DNA from: Leucoraja erinacea
Taxonomy: Eukaryota
Length of the DNA stretch: 64,000 nucleotides
Direction of reading: 5' to 3'
NCBI RefSeq assembly: GCF_028641065.1
Contig: NC_073384.1
Location: forward strand, 32,736,001-32,800,000
The position numbers were made by a program, and so were the translations under genes. Of this stretch, positions 52,668 through 64,000 are shown piece by piece. Position 1 is the first letter of the stretch. Each line of letters opens with the position of its first letter. Under the pieces are notes generated by a model. It had not been told where the DNA came from, ran no database searches, and saw only the letters and a program-made list of their open reading frames with translations.

Positions 52668-54270
52668 CAGTGCATTCAGAAACTATTCAGACCCCTTCAC
52701 TTTTTCCACATTTTGTTACATTACAGCCTTATTCTAAAATGGATTAAATTCTTTCTTTTTTTTTATCATCAATTTACACACAATACCCCATAATAAAACA
52801 GCAAAAACAGATTAAACTTTTTGCAGTAATTAAAACGAAATAACTGAAATATCATATTTACATAAGTATTCAGACCCTTTTTGCATTTCGTTGTCTCTGT
52901 ACTGTACACTGACAATGACAATTAAAATTGAATCTGAATCTTTACTCAGTACTTTCTTGAGGCACCTTTGGCAGCGATTACAGCTTCAAGTCTTCTTGGA
53001 TATGACGCTACAAGCTTGGCACACCTGTATTTGGGTAATTTCTCTCATTCTTCTGTGCAGATCCTCTCAAGCTCTGTCAGGTTGGATGGGGAGTGTTGAT
53101 GCACAGCTATTTTCAGGTCCCTCCAGAGATGTTCGATCGGGTTCAAGTCCGGGCTCTGGCTGGGCCACTCAAGGACATTCACAGACTTATCACAAAGCCA
53201 CTCCAGTCTGAGGTACAGAACGCTCGGGAACAGGTTTTCATCAAGGATCTCTCTGTACTTTGCTCTGTTCATCTTTCCCTCGATCTTGACTAGTCACCCC
53301 TATGTCACCCACCCATGATGCTGCCACCATGCTTCATCATAGGTATGGTATTGGCCAGGTGATGAGCGGTGCCTGGTTTCCTTCAGACATGACGATTGGC
53401 ATTCAGGTTAAAGAATTCTATCTTGGTCTCATCAGATCAAAGAATCTTGTTTCTCATGCCATTTGGCAAACTCCAAGCAGGTTGTTATGTGCCTTTTACT
53501 GAGGAGTGGCTTCCGTCTGGCCACTCTACCATAAAGACCTGATTGGTAGAGTGCTGCAGATATAGTTGTCCTTCTGGAAGGTTCTCCCATCTTCACAGAG
53601 GAACTCTGGAGCTCTGTCAGAGTGACCGCCAGGTTCTTGGTCAGCTCCCTGACCAAGGCCCTTCTACCCCGATTGCTCAGTTTGAACAGGCGGCCAGCTC
53701 TATGAAGAGTCCTGTTGGTTCCAAAGTTCTTCTATTTAAGAATGATGGAGGCCACTGTGCTCTTTGGGACCTGCAATGCTGCGGAAATTGTTTTATACCC
53801 TTCCCCAGATCTGTGTCTCGACACAATCCTGTCTCAGAGGTCTCCGGACAATTTCTTCGTCTTCATGGCATGGTTTTTGCTCTGACATGCACTGTCAACT
53901 GTGGGACCTTATATAGACAGGTGTGTGCCTTTCCAAATCATGTCCAATCAATTTAATTTATCACGTGGACTCCAATCAAGTTGTAGAAACATCTCAAGGA
54001 TAATCAATGGAAACAGGATGAACCAAAGCTCAATTTTGAGTGTCATAGCAAAGGGTCCGAATACTTATGTAAATGTGCCATTTCAGTTATTTATTTTTAA
54101 TTACTTTGCAAAAAATTTGTGACACCTGTTTTCGAGACTTCATTCTGGGGTATTGTGTGTAGATTGATGATTAAGAAATAAAGAATTCAATCCATTGTTA
54201 AATAAGACTGTAACGTAACAAAATGTGGAAAATGTGTCTGGAGGGGTCTGAATACTTTCTGAATGCACTG
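52668..54270 (-). mobile_element. Tc1 DNA transposon (second family, IR/DR type), internally deleted, inactive
   Basis: TA-CAGTGCATTCAGAAACTATTCAGACCCC ... GGGGTCTGAATACTTTCTGAATGCACTG-TA; long TIRs; transposase pieces VRELTKN...GLYGRVARRKPLL and [15 protein letters not shown]. Confidence 0.92.
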
Positions 54271-55135
54271 TATGGGCCAAACTAGGGCAGGTGAGACTAG
54301 TGTAGTTGGGGCATCTTGGTTAGCATGTGCAGGTTGGGTTGAAGGGCCTATTTCTGTGCTGCAAGACTCTATAAATGGTTTACTTCAAAAAGGGAAACAA
54401 ATTTTGATAGCAAATTTCTGTTAATCAATCCAAGTTCTCCAAATGGGAACAAGGAGCAGCAACACAATTGTCAGCAATAAAAAAAAGAACAGTTCTGTCA
54501 ATCTTACAGCTTCCTTTATGTTTCCTTGGTTCGAAGGGCCGAATGGCCTCCTCCTGCACCTATTTTCTATGTTTTCTATAAAGGAAAAGTCACGTTGACA
54601 AGATCCTGTTGTCCATTTCTTGTTATTCACGCTGTTGATGGCATAATCTTAAATCTGTAGAATTTAACTGTAGCACCTCGAGATGTAATATTTTGTAACC
54701 CAATTTTAGATACAAAAAAATAAGAGTCTTGCATTACAGGAAAAACATTTCTAGATTTTTAAAAAAAATTGTATTTACAAACTTTTGGAAATATATCACC
54801 ATCTGGTGTTAAAAAGCAGCAATGCAGTTGTTAGCATTCCAATGCAAAATAACGGAAGAGGTATATACACCATCATATGAGACTTTCAAAAGTGAACATA
54901 ATAAATATTAAAATAACTATATATATATGTGGAAGATAGACACATAGACTTCAGGTATCGGCAGTATTTTGCATCGCGTGTAACATACATCCTGGCAATT
55001 GGCCAAGAACCTATTATGCCTATGTAGATGTCTTTTGGGCACATTATAAAGGGAAGGAATATTGAAGATTTAAACAGGGAACAATCGTAACAATCCATAT
55101 ATCTGAAAAACATGTTCATAAAATTTACAACATAC

Positions 55136-55336
55136 GTTTGAAGAAAACAGCTTTGCATCTGATACAAAGGGTTCCCTGAAGACTTTGATGATGAGATTCA
55201 ATTCTCTTAGATATTGCCGAATCTCGGACATGTACATCTTCACTAAATCATAATACGCTTGTTCACCAGTGTTAATGGGCTCTTCTTCTATCACACCTAA
55301 GTCTTCCTCATCCTGATGGAACATATCCATTAGTAC
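55136..55336 (-). CDS. SOS1: SOS1 exon 5 (201 nt), histone-fold/DH linker and DH start
   Basis: [67 protein letters not shown]; acceptor tttgcag, donor gtatgt. Confidence 0.95.
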
Positions 55337-55838
55337 CTGCAAACAAACATTTTTGATTTACTTCATGTACTCTGAAGTGAAATAAATTGATTGCACTCAT
55401 GTGAGTGTATCTTCCAATCATCAGACTCATGCTTTGCCCATATGTCCTGGAAGAATTTATAGAAAAATAACCAATTAGGTTTCTTTGAGGATGACTTTGT
55501 TGCTCTAACTTCCCCTTCAACATGTTAAAAGATTATCCATTTTGAAATATATTTGCTCTTCTGCGAAATTAAAAAAAAGTTGTACATTAACTGTATTCTC
55601 ATTATGTATTAGATACTTATGTACTACATTATTGTACTTACTTCTAATAAAAAAAAAAAAATAAACAAAAAGAAACATATTTGCTCTTTGCTGAGGAGAA
55701 GCAAAACAATGATCAGCAAAATAAATCCCATCCCAAAGACTACAAAATAGACAACTTTCCAAGTAGGTGCACATCTGTCTTTATTCAAAAGTTACACTCA
55801 TATGTTCACACCTTACCAGGATTGATGCAAAGTGATTA

Positions 55839-57361
55839 GAGTGCACATTGTCAGATTTTATTAAAGGCCATTGTTATACATTTTGGTTTCACCATGTAGA
55901 AATTACAACAGTGTTTATACATAGTCCCCCCATTTCAGGGCACTATAATGTTTGGAACACAGCAATGTCATGTAAATGAAAGTAGTCATGTTTAATATTT
56001 TGTTGCATATCCTTTGCATGCAATGACTGCTTGATGTCTGCAATTCATGGACATCACCAGTTGCTGGGTGTCTTCTCTGGTGATGCTCTGCCAGGCCTGT
56101 ATTGCAATCATCTTTAGCTTATGCATGTTTTGGGGACTAGTCCCCTTCAGTTTTCTCTTCAGCATATAAAAGGCATGCTCAATTGGGTTCAGATCGGGTG
56201 ATTGACTTGGCCACTCAAGAATTGACCATTTTTTAAGCTTTGAAAAACTCCTTTGTTGCTTTTGCAGTATGTTTGGGATCATTGTCTTGTTGTAGAATGA
56301 ACTGCCGGCCAATGAGTTTTGAGGCATTTGTTGAACTTGAGCAGATAGGATGTGTCTATACACTTCGGAATTCATTGTGCTACTACCATCAGCAGTTGCA
56401 TCATCAATAAGGACCTTCAGCAACCATACATGGCCAGGCCATAACACCCCCACCACCTTATTTCACAGATGAGGTGGTATGCTTTGGATCTTGGGCAGTT
56501 CCTTCTCTCCTACATACTTTGCCCTTGCCATCACTATGATATAAGTTCATCTTCATTTCATCTGTCCACAAGACCTTTTTCCAGAACTGTGGTTGCTCTA
56601 TTAAGTACTTCTTGGCAAACTGTAACCCGGCCATCCTATTTTTGCGGCTAACCAGTGGTTTGCACCTTGCAGTGTAGCCTCTGTATTTCTGTTCATGAAG
56701 TCTTCTGCGGACAGTGGTCATTGACAAATCCACACCTGACTCCTGAAGAGTGTTTCTGATCTGTCGGACGGGTATTTGGGGATTTTTCTTTATTATGGAG
56801 AGAGTTCTTCTGTCATCAGCTGTGGAGGTCTTCCATGGGTCACCAGTCCCTTTGCGATTAGTAAGCTCACCAGTGATCTCTTTTTTCTTAATGATGTTCC
56901 TAACAGTTGATTTTGGTAAGCCTAAGATTGGCTGATGTTTCTAACAGTTTTATTCTTATTTCTCAGTCTCATAATGACTTATTTGACACTCATTGGCACA
57001 ACTTTGGTCCTCATGTTGATAAACAGCGATAAAAGTTTCCAAAGGTGATGAAAAGACTGGAGGTAAGACTAGGCGCTGAGAGCTCTCTTATACCTGCATT
57101 AAGGAAGCATTTAAATGCGCCTGAGCAATTACAATCACCTGTGAAGCCATGTGTCCCAAACATTATGGTGTCCTGAAATGGGGGGGGGGGGGGGGGGGCT
57201 GTGTATAAACACAGCTGTAATTTCCACATGGTGAAATCAAAATGTATAAAAATGGCACTTTAACCACATGTGATTTTATCTATTACAAATCACAGATCAT
57301 GGAGTACAAAGGCAAATAAATAAATGATGGGTCTTTGTCCCAAACATTATGGAGGGCACTG
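55839..57361 (-). mobile_element. Tc1 DNA transposon, same family as 15177-20405, frameshifted, one TIR partly missing
   Basis: Right end ...aaacattatggagggcactg-TA; ORFs TTVRRRLHEQKYRGYTARCKP..VLWTDE and [15 protein letters not shown]. Confidence 0.9.
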
Positions 57362-57924
57362 TAGCAATGCAAGCCATTCTCATATAAAACTCAACGAAAA
57401 GCATTTCCATCACTCCCATATTCAAAGGTAGACAAAAATGCTGGAGAAACTCAGCGGGTAAGGCAGCATCTATGGAACGAAGCAACAGGTGATGTTTCAG
57501 GTCGAGTCTTCAGGTCTGAAGAAGGGTCTCAACCCAAAATGTCACCTATTCCTTCGTTCCATAGATGCTGCCTCACCCGCTGAGTTTCTCCAGCATTTTT
57601 GACTACCTTCTATTTTTCCCAGCATCTGCAGTTCTTTCTTAAACTCTTCCATATTTAACATCTTCCTATCATAATAATCCAGAAAGTAAAAACAAAAATC
57701 ACAAATACCAATTCCTTTGATGTTTGGCAAAATTGAATTTAGATTTCTAAATAAAGAGTATAAAGGACAATAAAGTTAATTTCAAAATAGTCGTTCAGAA
57801 TATTTCTCAGCATCTAAGCTGGAAAAATGTTTGTTGCTTATTAAATAACTCAGCTTTCCAGAAGTGTGTAGTATTTCAATGAAGCTAAAGTCTTTTAGGT
57901 CCAAAAGCAAATAAAAATATTGAT

Positions 57925-58375
57925 GATGCAGTGGTGTACTAGAATGACGCCTGGATTAGGGGGTATTAGCTATGGGGAGAGGATGGACAGACTTAGATTG
58001 TTTTCTCTAGAACGCCGTAGTTTGCAGGGAGCATATACAGAAGCATATAAAATTATGAGGGGCATGGAGAGGGTACAGTCTGACCCTCTTCCCCAGGGTG
58101 GAAATATCAAACACTAGAGGCCATATCTGTAAGGTGAGAGGGGCAAAGTTTAAAGAAGATGCGAGGGCAAGTTTTTTTTTTGCACACAGAAGGTGGTGGG
58201 TACCTGGAAAATGCTGCCAGGGTCGGTGGTTGAGACAGATATAAAAGTGGCATTTAAGAGACTTTTGAATAGGCACAGGATATGGAGGGAATGGATTATG
58301 CACAGGTAGATAAGAGTTGGTCTTGGCATCATGTTCAGCATAGACATTGTCGGCTGAAGGGCCTGTTCTTGGACT
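57925..58375 (+). mobile_element. CR1-clade LINE 3' fragment
   Basis: TRMTPGLGGISYGERMDRLRLFSLERRSLQGAYTEAYKIMRG is the typical CR1 ORF2 C-terminus. Similar fragment at about 61950-62425. Confidence 0.8.
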
Positions 58376-58378
58376 TTA

Positions 58379-58597
<219 letters not shown>

Positions 58598-60059
58598 TCA
58601 TCAATCACCCGTCTTGTAAGAATAAACAAATTGCCACGAAACTTTCCTGAAATCAGAACAAAAAGTTGAAATGGATCAGAGATTCAGATTTGATGAGAAA
58701 CAAGATCAAGGAGCACTGGGCTTGCTCAAAACACAAGATGCTGGTGAAACTCAGCAGGTCAGGCAGCAACTGTGGAGGGAATGGATAGGTGATCGGTCAG
58801 GAACGTTCTTCAGCCTCTATACCATGCCCAACCAGGCCCACCAGCCCACCAGATAAAATTTGTCCTACAGATTCATTTACAGCTCTGCTGTTCAACCTGT
58901 GCCAGAGCCATCCTGTGGAGCAAAATTAACCACATGCAGTGATGAGGTTTCAGCCAGCTGATCCTAAAGTCCCACCCCAATGGCATTTTAATGGTCACTG
59001 CCTTCAAACCCCTTTGAACTGTTGTTAAATATATGTGCTAGTCAGAGATTTTTAAATGTTACATGTACTGATAATTAATATATCAGCCAAAATAGTTTAA
59101 AAAATGAATTTGCTTAAATCAAATGAGGGAAAACATTTTCACACAGAGGCTGGTGAACGTATATAAAACGAGCTGTCAGAAGAAGCTGTGGATGCGGGCA
59201 CAGTAAAAGACATTTAGACTGGTACATGGAAAGGAAATGTTTAGAGAGATATGGGGTAAGTGCAGGAAAATGGGATTAGCTTAGATGGATCATAGACAAG
59301 TTGGGCTGAAGGGCTTGCATCCTGGCTGTATTACTATGGTAGTAGTAACAAAGATATTAAAAAAAGTGAACTAAGCATGAACTAATATTAGTGGCTCCAT
59401 TCAGATTAATGGGGCTGCAGTTCCTATGGTACCCACCCTTACGCATCTGATGCCTTAACTGAGTAGGTCTGTGCTCCTGGACACGTTTGTACTATGTGAG
59501 TTTAGATGCACTGACAACTAACTTCAGTGGTACAGTGTGCAGGGGTGGAATCAGGGACAAGCTGACCTAAGAGGAAGACAGTGCTGGTGCGCATTTTGAC
59601 CCATTATTCTGTGAGACGTTGTTTCTTTTGGAATATAATAACACACTAACACAGAACTACAAATAACCAAACCGTCAATGTAATATATTGAGATATTAAA
59701 TAATGCAATTCACTGAAGATCTTGAATTAGAATAATATTATTTTTTGACATAATCATAATAAAGAAAGTAAACATATAAAACACTTTAATCTCACATGCA
59801 AAGTGTACAGATATACACTTTTAACACAATGGGGCATGCACCAATCAACAGAACAATGCATCTACAAATTAACAGAACAGACAGATACAAATTAATAAAA
59901 TCAAACTGCAACAAGCATGCCAATGAAGAAATAAAATTGAGAAAATGAACAAATGAGTACAGAAGGAGGGACTGTGCAATTAAATGAAAAAACAGCAACC
60001 ACCATTACAAACACTAATTAATCATCTGGACATTCAATTCTTAGAGATGGAACATTCGC

Positions 60060-60280
60060 TTCAGTGTTGAAGGTCTATGGGCTTGAATTCCTCTCGATAG
60101 TCCTGAGCACAAAATTAGGCTGACACTGGTGCAGTACTGAAGGAATGCACTACTGGCATTTAGATATGATTAATTCTAAGTCCCATTACCCCTCTGTGGC
60201 ATATGGTAAACAGTCCGACAATATTATTTTAAAGAGCAGAAAGCTCTCCTTAGTGTCCTGGTCACTTTTCCTTAACCAAT
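60060..60280 (+). mobile_element. Ancient degenerate DeuSINE-like (SacSINE1/AmnSINE-related) copy
   Basis: tgagcacaaaattaggctgacactggtgcagtactgaaggaatgc...aagagcagaaagctctccttagtgtcctggtca resembles the Deu-domain SINE consensus as recalled; not aligned. Confidence 0.45.
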
Positions 60281-61519
60281 TCCAGAAACGAATTGGAGAC
60301 TCAAACAGCTGTAGATGCTGGAATCTGGAGTAAAAAACAAACTGTTGGAGGAAATTAGGTCGCATCTTAGACAGGTGACGTTTCGGGTCTAGACCCTTCC
60401 TCTGGACTTAAGAGTGGAGGGGAGTTAGTATGAAGAGGTGAAGGGGTTGGGACGAGATCTGGCATATGGCTGAATCCAGCAGAGGAATTGGTTGGATTGG
60501 TGGATGGAGATAATTGCCCTTAGAATTTAATATCACTTTTGTTAGCCCCATGATTACATTTAGTTTATAAGTGATAGGAGCAGAATTAGGCCATTTGACC
60601 CATCAAGTCTACGCCACCTTTCAATCGCGGCTCATTTATTTTTCCCTCTTAACCCCATTCTCCTGCCTTCTCCCCATAACCCCTGGCAGCCATACTAATC
60701 AAGAATCTATCAAATTCTGCCGTTAAAATATCCATTGAAGTCCTCCACAGTCTTCTGTGGAGGCCAAGAATATCACTGGAAAGCAATCTAATCCTGTATC
60801 TAATCCAGACAAATATATAAAAGACCTGCAATTCTTGTGCCAGAATAATGCATGCACTTTGGCAAGTGGTGCCAGACCTTTACATGGGCTATGTTTTTGA
60901 AAGAAATACAAATTTGAACTAGAATCATTTAATAGTTTGAGTACATTTAAACATAGGGCTAAGAATATCAACCAAAAGCAATTTATAGTCATAAAGGTAA
61001 ACATTTAAAAACCTAAAGAAAGATTGGACTCCAAATAATGATCCAACAAGTTTATTAGCATATAATAAAGTTACACTGCATGTTAAGTATGTATGTGAGT
61101 ATGTAAGTAAGTAAGTAAGTTTATTGGCCAAGTATTCACATACAAGGAATTTGCCTTGGTGCCATTGTGTTGACACCACTGTGACTACATCTCGACTAAC
61201 AGCTAGTGTCTGGAAGCGTTAGTAATAAATGGTGACTGTATGGTAAAAACCAGACTAGATTATAGATCCAAGTGGGGTGTAACATATGTGTGTTAGTATT
61301 AGGTCGAGCAGATCTACACCAACCTCTTACCAAGGAATAAATTTAGAATTAGAATAGTTTCAGGACCGTTGAATTATTCTTCAACACAATGGCAAATTTT
61401 CAATATATCCTGTTGCTCAATCAATATTATAGCCACATACAGTATACCTAGATAGTTTCTTAATTTGTTAATAAAACCTGACCTCCATGAAAATGGCAGC
61501 ATGAACCTAAATTTAATTA

Positions 61520-61663
<144 letters not shown>

Positions 61664-62510
61664 CTAAGGGATACATTTTAGAAAAAAATTGTAATCTATG
61701 AATCCAGTTGCACAACACAGACATTTATTAACAGATTCTAATGTTACTAGCATTTTACTCAAAATCCCAAATTTAGAATGTTAACACCCATCACAATCAA
61801 GCTACACACTTTCTAAACCAGGAAATCTGATTATAGAAACAAGGAACTGCAGATGCTGGTTTACAAAAAATGGGGCATGGCATGCTGGAGTAACTCAGGA
61901 GGTCGTGCTGGAGTAACACGGGAGGTAAGCAACAGCACACATTACATATGCCCAGATTTGAAATATTGTGTTCAGTTTTGGTCACTCTGCTGGAGAAAGG
62001 ATGTCATTGTTAGAAGGAGTGCAGAGAGAATTTATGGGGAGGTTGCCAGAACTCAAGGCCTGAGCTATAAAAAATAAGTTGGACAGGTGGCTGTGGGGTG
62101 TATAAAATCATGAGGGGAATGGATATGGTGAATGCACAGATTCTTTTACCCAGAATAAGGGAATCAAGAAGCGGAGGGCATGGGTTTAAGGCAAGAGGAA
62201 AATGATTTAATAGGAACCTGAGGGGCGACACAAAGGTAGTTGGTAAATGGAATGCGGTGCTAGAGGAGGTATTATAACAGCATTTAAAAGACATTTGGAA
62301 AGTTACATGGATAGGGAAGGTTGAGATATATGGACGAAGTGTGGGCAAATGGAATTAGCTCTGATGGGGCATCTTGGTCAGCATGGATGAGTTGGGCAAA
62401 AGAGCCTGTTTCTGTGCTGTGTGCCTCTATGACCACTTCTGAGATATTCTGAAAGGGATAGCTATTGGAGATTCATCACCACAGTTAGGACGCGTCCATG
62501 ATAACCTTAC

Positions 62511-62636
62511 CTCTACATCTGCAACACTGCGAGGCTGTACTAGACAGAGCATGCTTAGTAACTGTAGGATTAGCTCTTCAATATACTGCAAGGCATCCTC
62601 AGTCGATTTAAGTTTGGGATGTACTTGTTGTTGAAC
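62511..62636 (-). CDS. SOS1: SOS1 exon 2 (126 nt), histone-fold domain
   Basis: VQQQVHPKLKSTEDALQYIEELILQLLSMLCLVQPRSVADVE; acceptor tcaacag, donor gtaagg. Exon 1 lies beyond the right end of the window. Confidence 0.95.
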
Positions 62637-63284
62637 CTGTTGACAGCAAATAGAAAGGTAGTTGACAATTAACCTGTAAATATACCCAACAATGAATAAA
62701 CGCACAATATAACAATTAAGTAATACTTCAAACAACATTTTGTTAATAAATTATCCAATCTTTTCTGGTATTCCAAGCTGTATATTTTTGATTGGAAGTA
62801 CATTTAATTCCAACAAAATAAATCCCTTAGATACATCATTACAGATGTGGTAAGCCACTTGTCTCGTCCAAGTTTACCCATGCAGAAAGATCACATTCTC
62901 CCCATTGCAAATTTAGTTTGAAGCACAAAGTGTTGGAGAAACTCAGTGGGTCAAGCAGCATCTGTGGAAAGAATGGACAAATAACATTTCGAATCGGGAC
63001 TCTTCTTCAGACTTGAAGGGCCCCGCTCCAAAATATCAGTTGTCCATTCCCTCCCCAAACACTGCCTGACCCTCCGAGTTCTTCCACCACTTTGCGTTTT
63101 TCTCAGATTCTAGCATCTGCAATCTTTTGCATCAGCAAATCTGGCTCTGCTATAGATATGTTACATGTTACATGCAAGTGCAATGCTTCAGTTCAAATAA
63201 ATGCTGTCCGAATGCATAATTTCAGCAGGAGTTAATTCAACTGACATTATTAATCTGAGATGTCATAGTACCCTTACAGGACTT

Positions 63285-64000
63285 GAATATTATTATTTTG
63301 ATTTTAGATTTGACTGCTGCTTTTGACACAGTGGATCATGAAATATTGATCTCACGTTTGAAGCAGTGGGTGGGTATCAGGGGCATAGCACTGGAGTGGT
63401 TCAGGTCGTACCTGGCTGATCGAACTTTGTGTGTCAGCCTTGGGGACTCTGTATCCTCCTCTGCTCCTCTCTCGTGTGGGGTTCCACAGGGCTCAGTTCT
63501 TGGCCCTCTCCTCTTCTCTCTCTATTTTCTGCCACTTGGTTCCATACTAAGGAAGCACGGAATTTCATTCCACTTTTATGCAGACGACAGTCAGATTTAT
63601 GTGCCCCTTAAAAAGGATGAACGCTCTGTCGGACTGTTACTTGAGTGTCTCAACGACATAAAGGCCTGGATGGCTCTGAACTTTTAAAGTTTTAATGATA
63701 AAAAAACGGAAGTAATGGTTTTTGGTGGCACCACTGGGGCCCCCCCTTGTAGATCTGGGCTCCCTGGCCCAGTATAGCAGACCAAGCATCACAAACCTAG
63801 GGGTTAAAGTGGACCATGAGCTTAAATTTGACAGTCAGATCAAGGCTGTTGTTAAATCAAGCTTTTTCCATTTGAGGCAGCTGGCCAAAATAAAGCCAAT
63901 TCTGTCAAGGCAGCACTTTGAGACGGTAATCCACGCCTTTGTTACCACTCGGCTGGATTACTGCAATGCACTGTATGTGGGGGTTAGTGGGTCCTCCATC
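63285..64000 (+). mobile_element. L2-clade LINE ORF2 reverse transcriptase fragment (runs off window)
   Basis: [37 protein letters not shown], and downstream IHAFVTTRLDYCNALY; in-frame stop at 63685-63687. Confidence 0.88.

Overview
Eukaryotic, repeat-rich vertebrate genomic DNA. The repeat landscape (CR1 3' ends, Penelope-derived palindromes, Rex1, Tc1) suggests a cartilaginous fish such as a skate or ray; this is inference. The whole window lies inside the SOS1 gene (Ras/Rac GEF Son of sevenless 1) on the minus strand. Coding exons 2-19 and the start of exon 20 can be reconstructed with GT-AG boundaries and, apart from exon 5, the exon lengths I recall for human SOS1. Intron 10 (14982-46020, about 31 kb) is a stack of nested mobile elements. 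It holds a Tc1 split by a rearranged Gypsy LTR element and a Rex1 LINE, two inverted GC-rich TA-TSD MITEs carrying a tRNA-like segment, and an Academ transposase remnant interrupted by one of those MITEs and by a 737-bp near-perfect foldback. It also holds a Penelope GIY-YIG fragment, a BEL/Pao retrotransposon interrupted by a TIR element with a 7-bp TSD, and Harbinger MITEs. The most notable observations are: (1) a family of short, often palindromic Penelope-derived inserts carrying minimal hammerhead-ribozyme motifs and long TSDs; (2) an exon-like segment with promoter-like motifs in SOS1 intron 9 that could give an N-terminally truncated SOS1 or act as a poison exon; (3) the nested Academ/foldback/MITE complex.
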